This document shows, piece by piece, positions 1-12,518 of a stretch of 64,000 nucleotides of DNA. The stretch lies in NCBI GenBank assembly GCA_964057225.1, contig OZ059898.1, positions 4,278,001-4,342,000 on the forward strand, in the 5' to 3' direction. Each line of letters begins with the position of its first letter. Positions within the stretch are counted from its first letter, which is position 1. Both the position numbers and the translations under genes were made by a program. Source of the DNA: Auanema rhodensis (lineage: Eukaryota; Animalia; Nematoda). The notes below the pieces were generated by a model that saw nothing but the letters and a program-made list of their open reading frames with translations, ran no database searches and had not been told where the DNA came from.

Positions 1-3000
1 AGGCACGTTGTGTCCGGTGATTGTTCGATTTTGTCAAAGATTATTAACTATAATCAAATAAAAATGTTCACAAGTTGGGTATTCAGATGTGTAGATTCTG
101 AATTTCTTGGTGAGATTTGGCTGTGACTTTTCAAATTTCAGGAAAAAAGGTTTATATAGACCCTATCCACAAGATTTGTTCACAAAAAAGTTCAGGCTGT
201 AGGCACGTTGTGTCCGGTGATTGTTCGATTTTGTCAAAGATTATTAACTATAATCAAATAAAAATGTTCACAAGTTGGGTATTCAGATGTGTAGATTCTG
301 AATTTCTTGGTGAGATTTGGCTGTGACTTTTCAAATTTCAGGAAAAAAGGTTTATATAGACCCCATCCACAAGATTTGTTCACAAAAAAGTTTAGGCTTT
401 AGGCACGTTGTGTCCGGTGATTGTTCGATTTTGTCAAAGATTATTAACTATAATCAAATAAAAATATTCTGAGGTTGGGTATCCAGATGTGTAGATTCTG
501 AAATTCTTGGTGAGATTTGGCTGTGACTTTTCAAATTTCAGGAAAAAAGGTTTATATAGACCCCATCCACAAGATTTGTTCACAAAAAAGTTTAGGCTTT
601 AGGCACGTTGTGTCCGGTGATTGTTCGATTTTGTCAAAGATTATTAACTATAATCAAATAAAAATGTTCACAAGTTAGGTATTCAGATGTGTAGATTCTG
701 AATTTCTTGGTGAGATTTGGCTGTGACTTTTCAAATTTCAGCAAAAAAGGTTTATATAGACCCTATCCACAAGATTTGTTCACAAAAAAGTTCAGGCTGT
801 AGGCACGTTGTGTCTGGTGATTGTTCGATTTTGTCAAAGATTATTAACTATAATCAGATAAAAATGTTCACAAGTTGGGTATTCAGATGTGTAGATTCTG
901 AATTTCTTGGTGAGATTTGGCTGTGACTTTTCAAATTTCAGGAAAAAAGGTTTATATAGACCCCATCCACAAGATTTGTTCACAAAAAAGTTCAGGCTGT
1001 AGGCACGTTGTGTCCGGTGATTGTTCGATTTTGTCAAAGATTATTATTTATAATCAAATAAAAATGTTCACAAGTTAGGTATTCAGATGTGTAGATTCTG
1101 AATTTCTTGGTGAGATTTGGCTGTGACTTTTCAAATTTCAGCAAAAAAGGTTTATATAGACCCTATCCACAAGATTTGTTCACAAAAAAGTTCAGGCTGT
1201 AGGCACGTTGTGTCTGGTGATTGTTCGATTTTGTCAAAGATTATTAACTATAATCAGATAAAAATGTTCACAAGTTGGGTATTCAGATGTGTAGATTCTG
1301 AATTTCTTGGTGAGATTTGGCTGTGACTTTTCAAATTTCAGCAAAAAAGGTTTATATAGACCCTATCCACAAGATTTGTTCACAAAAAAGTTCAGGCTGT
1401 AGGCACGTTGTGTCCGGTGATTGTTCGATTTTGTCAAAGATTATTATTTATAATCAAATAAAAATGTTCACAAGTTAGGTATTCAGATGTGTAGATTCTG
1501 AATTTCTTGGTGAGATTTGGCTGTGACTTTTCAAATTTCAGCAAAAAAGGTTTATATAGACCCTATCCACAAGATTTGTTCACAAAAAAGTTCAGGCTGT
1601 AGGCACGTTGTGTCTGGTGATTGTTCGATTTTGTCAAAGATTATTAACTATAATCAGATAAAAATGTTCACAAGTTGGGTATTCAGATGTGTAGATTCTG
1701 AATTTCTTGGTGAGATTTGGCTGTGACTTTTCAAATTTCAGCAAAAAAGGTTTATATAGACCCTATCCACAAGATTTGTTCACAAAAAAGTTCAGGCTGT
1801 AGGCACGTTGTGTCCGGTGATTGTTCGATTTTGTCAAAGATTATTATTTATAATCAAATAAAAATGTTCACAAGTTAGGTATTCAGATGTGTAGATTCTG
1901 AATTTCTTGGTGAGATTTGGCTGTGACTTTTCAAATTTCAGCAAAAAAGGTTTATATAGACCCTATCCACAAGATTTGTTCACAAAAAAGTTCAGGCTGT
2001 AGGCACGTTGTGTCTGGTGATTGTTCGATTTTGTCAAAGATTATTAACTATAATCAGATAAAAATGTTCACAAGTTGGGTATTCAGATGTGTAGATTCTG
2101 AATTTCTTGGTGAGATTTGGCTGTGACTTTTCAAATTTCAGCAAAAAAGGTTTATATAGACCCTATCCACAAGATTTGTTCACAAAAAAGTTCAGGCTGT
2201 AGGCACGTTGTGTCCGGTGATTGTTCGATTTTGTCAAAGATTATTATTTATAATCAAATAAAAATGTTCACAAGTTAGGTATTCAGATGTGTAGATTCTG
2301 AATTTCTTGGTGAGATTTGGCTGTGACTTTTCAAATTTCAGCAAAAAAGGTTTATATAGACCCCATCCACAAGATTTGTTCACAAAAAAGTTCAGGCTGT
2401 AGGCACGTTGTGTCTGGTGATTGTTCGATTTTGTCAAAGATTATTAACTATAATCAGATAAAAATGTTCACAAGTTGGGTATTCAGTTGTGTAGATTCTG
2501 AATTTCTTGGTGAGATTTGGCTGTGACTTTTCAAATTTCAGGAAAAAAGGTTTATATAGACCCCATCCACAAGATTTGTTCACAAAAAAGTTCAGGCTGT
2601 AGGCACGTTGTGTCCGGTGATTGTTCGATTTTGTCAAAGATTATTATTTATAATCAAATAAAAATGTTCACAAGTTAGGTATTCAGATGTGTAGATTCTG
2701 AATTTCTTGGTGAGATTTGGCTGTGACTTTTCAAATTTCAGCAAAAAAGGTTTATATAGACCCTATCCACAAGATTTGTTCACAAAAAAGTTCAGGCTGT
2801 AGGCACGTTGTGTCTGGTGATTGTTCGATTTTGTCAAAGATTATTATTTATAATCAAATAAAAATGTTCACAAGTTAGGTATTCAGATGTGTAGATTCTG
2901 AATTTCTTGGTGAGATTTGGCTGTGACTTTTCAAATTTCAGGAAAAAAGGTTTATATAGACCCCATCCACAAGATTTGTTCACAAAAAAGTTCAGGCTGT

Positions 3001-4584
3001 AGGCACGTTGTGTCCGGTGATTGTTCGATTTTGTCAAAGATTATTAACTATAATCAAATAAAAATATTCTGAGGTTGGGTATCCAGATGTGTAGATTCTG
3101 AATTTCTTGGTGAGATTTGGCTGTGACTTTTCAAATTTCAGGAAAAAAGGTTTATATAGACCCCATCCACAAGATTTGTTCACAAAAAAGTTCAGGCTTT
3201 AGGCACGTTGTGTCCGGTGATTGTTCGATTTTGTCAAAGATTATTAACTATAATCAAATAAAAATGTTCACAAGTTAGGTATTCAGATGTGTAGATTCTG
3301 AATTTCTTGGTGAGATTTGGCTGTGACTTTTCAAATTTCAGCAAAAAAGGTTTATATAGACCCTATCCACAAGATTTGTTCACAAAAAAGTTCAGGCTGT
3401 AGGCACGTTGTGTCTGGTGATTGTTCGATTTTGTCAAAGATTATTAACTATAATCAGATAAAAATGTTCACAAGTTGGGTATTCAGATGTGTAGATTCTG
3501 AATTTCTTGGTGAGATTTGGCTGTGACTTTTCAAATTTCAGCAAAAAAGGTTTATATAGACCCTATCCACAAGATTTGTTCACAAAAAAGTTCAGGCTGT
3601 AGGCACGTTGTTTCTGGTGATTGTTCGATTTTGCCAAAGATTATTAACTATAATCAAATAAAAATATTCTGAGGTTGGGTATTCAGATGTGTAGATTCTG
3701 AATTTCTTGGTGAGATTTGGCAGTGACTTTTCAAATTTCAGGAAAAAAGGTTTATATAGACCCCATCCACAAGATTTGTTCACAAAAAAGTTCAGGCTGT
3801 AGGCACGTTGTGTCCGGTGATTGTTCGATTTTGCCAAAGATTATTAACTATAATCAAATAAAAATGTTCACAAGTGGGGTATTCAGATGTGTAGATTCTG
3901 AATTTCTTAAAGAGATTTGGCTGTGACTTTTCAAATTTCCGGAAAAAAGGTTTATATAGACCCCATCCACAAGATTTGTTCACAAAAAAGTTCAGGCTGT
4001 AGGCACGTTGTGTCCGGTGATTGTTCGATTTTGTCAAAGATTATTAACTATAATCAAATAAAAATATTCTGCGGTTGGGTAATCAGATGTGTAGATTCTG
4101 AATTTCTTGGTGAGATTTGGCTGTGACTTTTCAAATTTCAGGAAAAAAGGTTTATATAGACCCTATCCACAAGATTTGTTCACAAAAAAGTTCAGGCTGT
4201 AGGCACGTTGTGTCCGGTGATTGTTCGATTTTGTCAAAGATTATTAACTATAATCAAATAAAAATGTTCACAAGTTGGGTATTCAGATGTGTAGATTCTG
4301 AATTTCTTGGTGAGATTTGGCTGTGACTTTTCAAATTTCAGGAAAAAAGGTTTATATAGACCCTATCCACAAGATTTGTTCACAAAAAAGTTCAGGTTGT
4401 AGGCACGTTGTGTCCGGTGATTGTTCGATTTTGTCAAAGATTATTATTTATAATCAAATAAAAATGTTCACAAGTTAGGTATTCAGATGTGTAGATTCTG
4501 AATTTTCTAATGAAAATTGACGAAGATCTTTTTATTTTCCGGAAAAAGGGTTTATCTCGACCCCATCCCAAAATTTGTTCACAA
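1..4584. repeat. 200-bp tandem satellite, about 23 monomers, running off the left edge; last monomer diverged
   Basis: AGGCACGTTGTGTCCGGTGA... recurs exactly every 200 bp (1, 201, 401 ... 4401) with few substitutions. Confidence 0.99.
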
Positions 4585-4589
4585 TGGCT

Positions 4590-5790
4590 TCGCTCAAGCT
4601 CCTCGTCTTCCGGCTGCTGGCTCCTCGGGATCCTGGATCCTTGGGCTCCTCGGGCTTCTGGCTCGTGGTGATCGGGTTCCTGGTTCTTCGTCTTCGGAAG
4701 GAAAAAGGCTTCTCTCAGGCTGCTCCTATTCAGACTCCTCGCTCCTGATCCTCAGGCTCCTCGGCGGCTCCTCGTCTTCAAGGCTTCTCTCAGGCTCCTC
4801 ATATTCGGACTCTTTGGGCTCCTGGTGACCAGGCTCCTGGTTCTTCGTCTTCGTAAGGCAAAAGCCTTCTCTCAGGCTCCTCGTATTCGGACTCTTCGGG
4901 CTCCTGGTGATCGGGCTCCTCGTATTCGGACTCTTCGGGCTCCTGGTGATCGGGCTCCTCGTATTCGGACTCTTCGGGCTCCTGGTGATCGGGCTCCTCG
5001 TATTCGGACTCTTCGGGCTCCTGGTGATCGGGCTCCTCGTATTCGGACTCTTCGGGCTCCTGGTGATCGGGCTCCTCGTATTCGGACTCTTCGGGCTCCT
5101 GATCCTCGGGCTCCTCGTCTTCGGGCTCTTCGCTCCTGATCCTCGGGCTCCTCGTCTTCGGGCTCTTCGCTCCTGATCCTCGGGCTCCTCGTCTTCGGGC
5201 TTCTCGTTCCTGATCCTCGGGCTCCTCGTCTTCGGGCTTCTCGTTCCTGATCCTCGCTCCTGATCGTGGGGTCCTCGTCTTCGGGCTCTTCGCTCCTGAT
5301 CCTCGGGCTCCTCGTCTTCGGGCTCCTCGGGCTCCTCGTCTTCGGGCTCCTCGGGCTCCTCGTCTTCGGGCTCCTCGGGCTCCTCGTCTTCGGGCTCCTC
5401 GCTCCTGATCCTCGGGCTCCTCGTCTTCGGGCTCCTCGGGCTCCTCGTCTTCGGGCTCCTCGCTCCTCGTCTTCGGGCTCCTCGCTCCTGATCCTCGGGC
5501 TCCTCGCTCCTGATCCTCGGGCTCCTCGCTCCTCGTCTTCGGGCTCCTCGGGCTCCTCGTCTTCGGGCTCCTCGCTCCTCGTCTTCGGGCTCCTCGCTCC
5601 TCGTCTTCGGGCTCCTCGCTCCTGATCCTCGGGCTCCTCGCTCCTGATCCTCGGGCTCCTCGCTCCTCGTCTTCGGGCTCCTCGCTCCTCGTCTTCGGGC
5701 TCCTCGCTCCTGATCCTCGGGCTCCTCGCTCCTGATCCTCGGGCTCCTCGTCTTCGGACTCCTCGCTCCTGATCCTCGGGCTTCTGGTTC
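4590..5790. repeat. GC-rich, strand-asymmetric compound minisatellite
   Basis: A 39-bp unit GGCTCCTCGTATTCGGACTCTTCGGGCTCCTGGTGATCG occurs about 6 times (about 4874-5102). It is followed by 37/24/22-bp units built from CTCCTCGTCTTCGGG, CTCCTGATCCTCGGG and CTCCTCG. The + strand has almost no A. Confidence 0.95.
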
Positions 5791-6649
5791 TATAACCTTT
5801 GTCTTACCTTATGTTGTGTTCAGTATCCTAGGGGATTCGATCTTAGACTGTTTGAGTGTCAGTCTGTTATCTTATCCTTTCGGCTATTGACCACATTTAT
5901 ATATTATTGGTAACTATATGATAAAATAAAAAATGGATATATGATATAAACCTTAAGGGAATATAGAATCACTATAACGGCTATGTTCAAGGCGTTATAT
6001 CTTCTTAATTTGACCATATTTTCGAAATTTGATCGGTTTTTCAGGTTCTACGGGTCTGATTTCATATATTGAAGTTGGATAATACTGATTTTACTATTGT
6101 TAATCATATTTTTTTCTTTAAACCATGCCAAAGAACAAAACCATATGTCGCGCTCCACTGATAATCATGAATTCTGTTCAAATATTTAATTAATTTATTT
6201 TATAAAATAATATATAAACATATTTATATTAAATAGAAGTTCATTTCGTTAACTTACTTTTAATTATTTTTATTTTTCATTTTATTCAACTTTTTCCGAC
6301 TTCACTAGATAACTAACCACTGAAACATTTAATTAAAAATGATTAATCTGAATTAGAAAAATGAAATGGAACACAACCGTGTTTTGAGATTTTTAATTCG
6401 AAAATGGACCAAACTTTACTCAATATTTTAAATTTGTTTGTAAAAATTAGCGGTTTGTTTATAATAAAATATAAAAAGACAATGTTATGAAAAAAACTTT
6501 TATTAAATTTTATTATATTGATAGTATAAATAAATATCTTTAAAAGCAAATATAACGTTTTCTATTCAAAAATGGATAAGCTAAAGTAGTTTCAAAACTT
6601 TTAGTACATTTTGTAGAACGTCGAATCAGTAACAAAAAATAAAAACGTA

Positions 6650-6691
6650 TGCGTTTGGGGGGAATCGAACCCCCGTCGAATGCTTGGAAGG
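6650..6691 (-). pseudogene. tRNA-Gly(TCC) 3' half, 5'-truncated pseudogene
   Basis: The minus strand reads CCTTCCAAGCATTCGACGGGGGTTCGATTCCCCCCAAACGCA: TCC anticodon loop, T-arm/B box and 3' acceptor strand. A T-run Pol III terminator follows. It matches nematode tRNA-Gly-TCC as I recall it. Confidence 0.9.
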
Positions 6692-6923
6692 GTATTCAGA
6701 TGTGTAGATTCTGAATTTCTTGGTGAGATTTGGCTGTGACTTTTCAAATTTCAGGAAAAAGGGTTTATATAGACCCCATCCACAAGATTTGTTCACAAAA
6801 AAGTTCAGGCTGTAGTCACGTTGTGATGTGTAGATTCTGAATTTTTTAATGAAAATTGACGAGGACCTTTTTATATTCCGGAAAAAGGGTTTATATAGAC
6901 CCCATCCCAAGATTTGTGCACAA
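6690..6923 (+). repeat. Dispersed partial copy of the 200-bp satellite plus the diverged terminal monomer
   Basis: 6690-6825 matches the monomer. 6826-6923 matches the diverged unit at about 4487-4584. Confidence 0.95.
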
Positions 6924-7492
6924 ATATTACATTTTGCAGAATTGAATGACTTTATCAAAACAATTTATACAAACAGATTGAATTCCCGTATGAAGTTGAA
7001 GGCTCATTTTAAAATGACAACATTAGACGGACATCTTATCACAATTAAAAAAAAACTGAATGAGAAAAAGAACCACGTACGATTCAAGTGTAATTGTCCC
7101 GTTATCAAAGAAAACTATACATAAAAGTATACAAAGTCCAATTTTAACTAAAAAATGGAGTAGCAATAGGGGGAAAAATGAAAGACCCTGAGGCAAATTA
7201 TTGATAGCCGAATATCAAACGACTAGTTACATTACAACTACTTCAAATTATATCAAAGAATCAAAGAAATAAGCATAGTTAAGAGATTCCATATGAGCTA
7301 TATACTTGGAAACAAACAGATTCTGATGGTTATTAAATCTTATAAGAGAAAAAAGACTTAAAAGCCATCCTATACAGACAATGAAGAGTGATTCATAAAC
7401 AACATAAAACGATAAAGTGGATACGAATAAAACAATTCTGTGAATATGATAAGCATCTGACTTAATCGTAAACATTTCCTATGAAATTCCTC

Positions 7493-10400
7493 TTATTCTT
7501 GACGTTTATATCTCAAAGAGAAACGAGCAGTTCGTCCATTTGGATGATAAATGACAAATATTTGATTACTTTCAGAAATAGTATCTTCTTTTGGACGATA
7601 ACAACAACTATAATTATATATTTTTATAAATAATAATTAATTAATTTAATATTCTGATATACCTTCTAAAGCCTGTTAATCGTACATCTAACTTATGTTT
7701 AATTTCGACATATGATTGACATCCATAAGAGCAAGGAAATTCTCCATCTGATAAACGGAATCGAAGACGAGAACCTTCTGCTACCTTAAAGTAAAAAACA
7801 ATATATGATATAAATTAGTATAATATACAGAGATTCTCCAATAGCAATGAACATCTTTGCCAGGTGGACTATTAAGTGTTTGCCAAGAATCAGTTGCATG
7901 AAGTTCTCCACCACAAGCTTAAAAATATAAAAATATTGATATTATATAATATTTTTATTTATATATGATCGAAACATACGACTGGGCTGTAAACGGCTAC
8001 AATCTATTCCTCCAAGACCTTCAGGACATCTACAAACGGCACAGTTGTTAGGATCAGGATATCCACCAGCAACACAACGAACATTTGATCTTCCAGCACA
8101 TGCATCTAAAAAAGAAACTATATGTATATATAATTAGTTAATTATATACTTGGACAGTAGATATCATTAATAACTTTAGCATCTAAGAAAGCCATTTTCT
8201 CCGTTCCCATAGTTGTAACATATTTCAGCTCTTTTGGTACAATAGTAAAATCAGAAACCTGTAATGAAAAATAAATTAAATTAACTTTTAAAATGGAAAT
8301 ATTAAGAAATCAATATAATTACCTTAACAGCATGTGCAACAGCGTGATAATGCATTAAACTACCATAATCATAAGGTACACGTCTTGGAGATACCTTAAA
8401 TTATTTCATTTTTATTTTATTTTCAAGTTTAATATAATACTTGTCTTATTCCAAAGGCTTGGAGCATACTACGGAATGGCATAAATGATGCAGTAGCTTC
8501 TTCCATTACGTTTTTCCAGTTAATTGAGATATGGCGATCTCTGTCTGGACGTTGATGTGTATGCCAGAATCCTAAGGCATGACCTGTTTCATGAGCAACA
8601 ACATATTCCTAAAATGAATATCATTGAGTTTCGTTACTGAAGTCACTACTAGATTTATCAACAACTATTTTCTTGTTTCCCTATTCATCTTACTCCCCTC
8701 TGTTCGTTTCGTTTTTTTTTCGAACGTTTGAATAAAGTTTAAGTTTGCGATCAATCCGTAACTTATATATAACAGAAACAGAGAAAAGTCAATCATTTGA
8801 ATTTCCAAAACGGGTATTCATCCTCATCATTAAGTCTATACTCTCTTACAGTCTGTATGGATTATCCTCTGAGAGGGACAAGTTTTTGTATAAGCGAAAA
8901 GCGTTCAAAGTCAGACAGCTGGCTAACTTGTTTATATGTTATATAATGTTTGCAAAGAAATAAAAAGCAAGTTATACTATATACTCATACAAATGTATAA
9001 TTTATGAAAAAAAATACTTTTTATATCTCAGTTTTTGTTGATTTAAAATGAATTTATAAAGAAAGAAAGAAGTTGATATATAAGAAAATAAATGAAAACT
9101 AACTTCAGCACATTCACTTCCTATAATAATATCTTGATGACCACCATTACGTCCAATATATTCAGTGAAACAACTATCACCTTTTTCCAAAACATATCGA
9201 ATACCATCACGATGCTAAAATTAAATATTTCTATTAAACAAAAAAAAATAAATTTAATTCGTGACAAAATTCCCAATTTAATAAATTTCTACTCAATATT
9301 TGAACTAGTATTATTCTTTATTCATATATTATTTGACTTTGACATCCTTATGCTATTCAAGTTGTTTAAGTATTTTAAATTTCAACACGAAAAGTCATGA
9401 TCTTTTCTATAATGTTTTTCTTTATTTTAAATATTTAAAGTATTTCAGTATAAATTATATATATAAATATTATTTTAAAATATTACTAACCTGCATATTC
9501 TCGCGGAATCTTAAGCATGTAGATTCTTCCCACATACGGATACCACGACGAATTAAATTTTGAAAGTTGTCTATAACAAAAAAATATAAAACTAGTTATC
9601 ATTTTTTTAAATGATATTTTAGAATAATTCCTCTCTTATTCTGTTTCTATTAGATTGAAATATCCGGATTATGTAACCTTGTTATTGGTCATAACGATAA
9701 AAAAAAAAGTTTTTTGTATGTATGCCCTATTCTCTCAAGAGACAGGAAAATAGAAGAACTTCAGTTAAAATTTAAAATGACAGATGATGATCTCAAGGAT
9801 GAAGAAAGGCATTTTCAAAGTTAAGTATTAGTAGTAGTCTGGATAGATTATGTAACAATGATATTACCTTGAAATGTTAGACTTCGTCCTTCTTTTTTTC
9901 CACACGCAACTCTTTTTTTTGTTTCTTCATTTCCCTTTCATTTCATTTCTTTATTTTTTATTTTTTTTTATTGTTGGCAATTCTTTTATTAAGAATGTAT
10001 AGATTGAAAGAATAATTTATGTCTTTTCAACATCATTGAAGTAAGATGTATCGATGAGGCCATATGTTTATAACATCATACATGGACACTACATATTAAC
10101 TTCTTATCCACTTTCGATTATTCCTTTTCATAAACATCCAGTTCTCAAACTGCTAGTTGCGTAATTCCACCACAGGTAGTTGAAAAGAATGTGAAAGAGT
10201 GAGAATTTATATGTTCGAGGATACACATGCTAAAGGTTCCCCTTCCCCCCCCCTCCTCCTTTTCCGATATGGTATGTAGTTATATGATGTACATACATTA
10301 CTATATACATTCAGATATCTCGTTTTTCAAACTAATTTTACCTTATATAACCTTTTATAATAATAAATAATAATATTTAAAATCTATATTATATAATATA

Positions 10401-11718
10401 ATAAATGATATATAATTATTTTAAATTATATATTAAATAATTGAAAAGTTAATATAATAAATAAGAAAATAAAAGATGATTTTCAAGAATGACTATTATA
10501 ATAAATAAAACATTATTATGATTATACTGGTTTATAAATGAAAAATATTACTTGAAAGAATTAATTTGAACGATAAAACTGTTTCATTATCGAGAACAAT
10601 TAAGAGAATATAAGAGATATTTGAAAAGATTTTAGCTTATTGTATTTACTACTCTTATATCAATGAATAGTCGGCCCTTTAGAATAAGATAGAAAACTTC
10701 TTTTATCCTTATTCTATATGTTAGCCTATACGTCCTCTTCACTTTAAGATTAATCCAGTTTTTATATTATCTATGAATATCAATAGAACAAAGAATTTGC
10801 CGTCAGAAATTATTTGTTATATCGTACTCTGATTATAAACCAAAAGATAATTGTTAAGCAATAAATATCAAAATAATAAAATACAAATATGAATTTTTGA
10901 GCGAATTCCATGTTTTTAAAAGATTTAAGTGAGAAGAGAAGCTATGATCTGATATGAAATTGATAGACATATCCGATGGTATCTACTTCCTTAATTGAGA
11001 AAAAAAAACAAAAATACATTTTTTTAAATATTTAATTAAATATTCTTTATATTTTCTTATCTTTTTAAAATATTTATAATTATGTTTAAATATAAAAATA
11101 AATAGATTTATGTGTTTTAAAATATTATAGAAACTATGAGATTTATAGGAAAATATATTTATAAATATGTGATCATTATTGAAAAGAAGATTATTTGACG
11201 TTGGAGAGAGAAACTTCTTATAACTTCATACTTTAATTACATGCAATGAAATGTTTAAAAGAGTTTATTATTTTGAATTTGACTCTATTTAATCCAATAA
11301 TCTTTTTTTTTTCATAAAAAACACAGAGATATCAATAAAAACAGGAACGAACACTGTTTCATCGAAGGTCGTTTGTAATCAAAAGGTTTCATGAAGATAA
11401 TACGATTTCAATAGGGGAACTAAACATATTCAATGAAATATAAATGATATTATTACAAATATTATATGTAACATCTTCATTTTCTATATAAGAAAATAGA
11501 AAAAGACTATTTCAGTTTTAAATCAACAGTATTGGCTTAATATGGCAAAAAAGAGTGATATATCTCTGTCAATTAATATCTCTATACATTTATGTTTAAC
11601 TTAACTATGTCGAACTTTGTAATGAAAGGAAAAAATGTTAAGAAAACATATGAAAGAAACAGATTGCGAAGCGGAAAATCGAAAAGCTTCATGTCATACT
11701 GGGTGAATTGCCAGTACA

Positions 11719-11797
<79 letters not shown>

Positions 11798-11802
11798 GAA
11801 AG

Positions 11803-11853
<51 letters not shown>

Positions 11854-12518
11854 GAAAGATATATGTATGTGTGGTTAGTTTTAATCTGATGAATAAAAGA
11901 AACAGAAGAAAATACAAAAAAAAGTAAAATGAAAGGTAGATAGATGTATGTATGCGATTAGAAATTGGCTAAATCTTAAAAACAATTTGATTGAATAGTA
12001 ATGAAAATTGATTTTCTTTTTCACTACTGATGTCTATACATCAGTAGTGAAAATAAAAAGGAAAAGTGAAAATTACATATCGGAAGAAAAGGAGAAGGTC
12101 AATAATCTTACCAGGATATAGTATATTGTATAAATGTATAAATAGGTAATGTTTTAATAAAATTAATAATTAACTTGTAATTAATAAGGAAATGTATATT
12201 TTGATTATTATAAAAATGACTTTTTCATAAAATGAAAAGTTTAAACTCACAATCTCCACCCCAGATTTGAAATGGAATCTCATGTGATTGCCAATCATAG
12301 ATTGGACCAGCAATAACTTCTCGGCGATGTCGATGAACTTTTGTACGACTAACAGTCTCAATAATGGTATAATGAGGATATTTATCCGACGTCATAGATT
12401 CCATGCCATCAGGAAGAGGCATGGAATTATTTTTAAAATTTCCAAATGAATAAGAAGTGAGACAGATGCTCGGTAATAGCCCTACTAGGCATACTAACAG
12501 AAGTGTTGAAGACAACAT
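7493..12518 (-). CDS. toh-1: Astacin metalloprotease (astacin-EGF-CUB), toh-1/nas-26 ortholog, multi-exon
   Basis: Signal peptide, then [14 protein letters not shown] (furin site), the zinc motif [19 protein letters not shown], Met-turn SLMHY, and EGF and CUB exons ending [10 protein letters not shown]. Confidence 0.93.
11722..11849. repeat. (GA)n microsatellite in the large toh-1 intron
   Basis: About 128 bp of interrupted GA repeats. Confidence 0.97.

Noticed and set aside
117-4326. Repeated 67-81 aa ORFs in the satellite, or a CRISPR-like reading of the array
   Set aside because: These are by-products of the 200-bp repeat. They use TTG starts, the period is not a multiple of 3, and there are no unique spacers.
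4517-5625. + strand ORFs in the GC-rich minisatellite (RAPRIRTL / GLLVFGL repeats)
   Set aside because: They are open only because of low complexity, overlap in several frames, and lack ATG starts.
5822-5895. tRNA-like A/B-box sequence on the minus strand (TAGCCGAAAGGATAAG...GATCGAATCC)
   Set aside because: I could not fold acceptor, anticodon or T stems. At most it is a very degenerate relic.
11582-11917. 111-aa SLSL ORF
   Set aside because: It is a translation of the (GA)n microsatellite.
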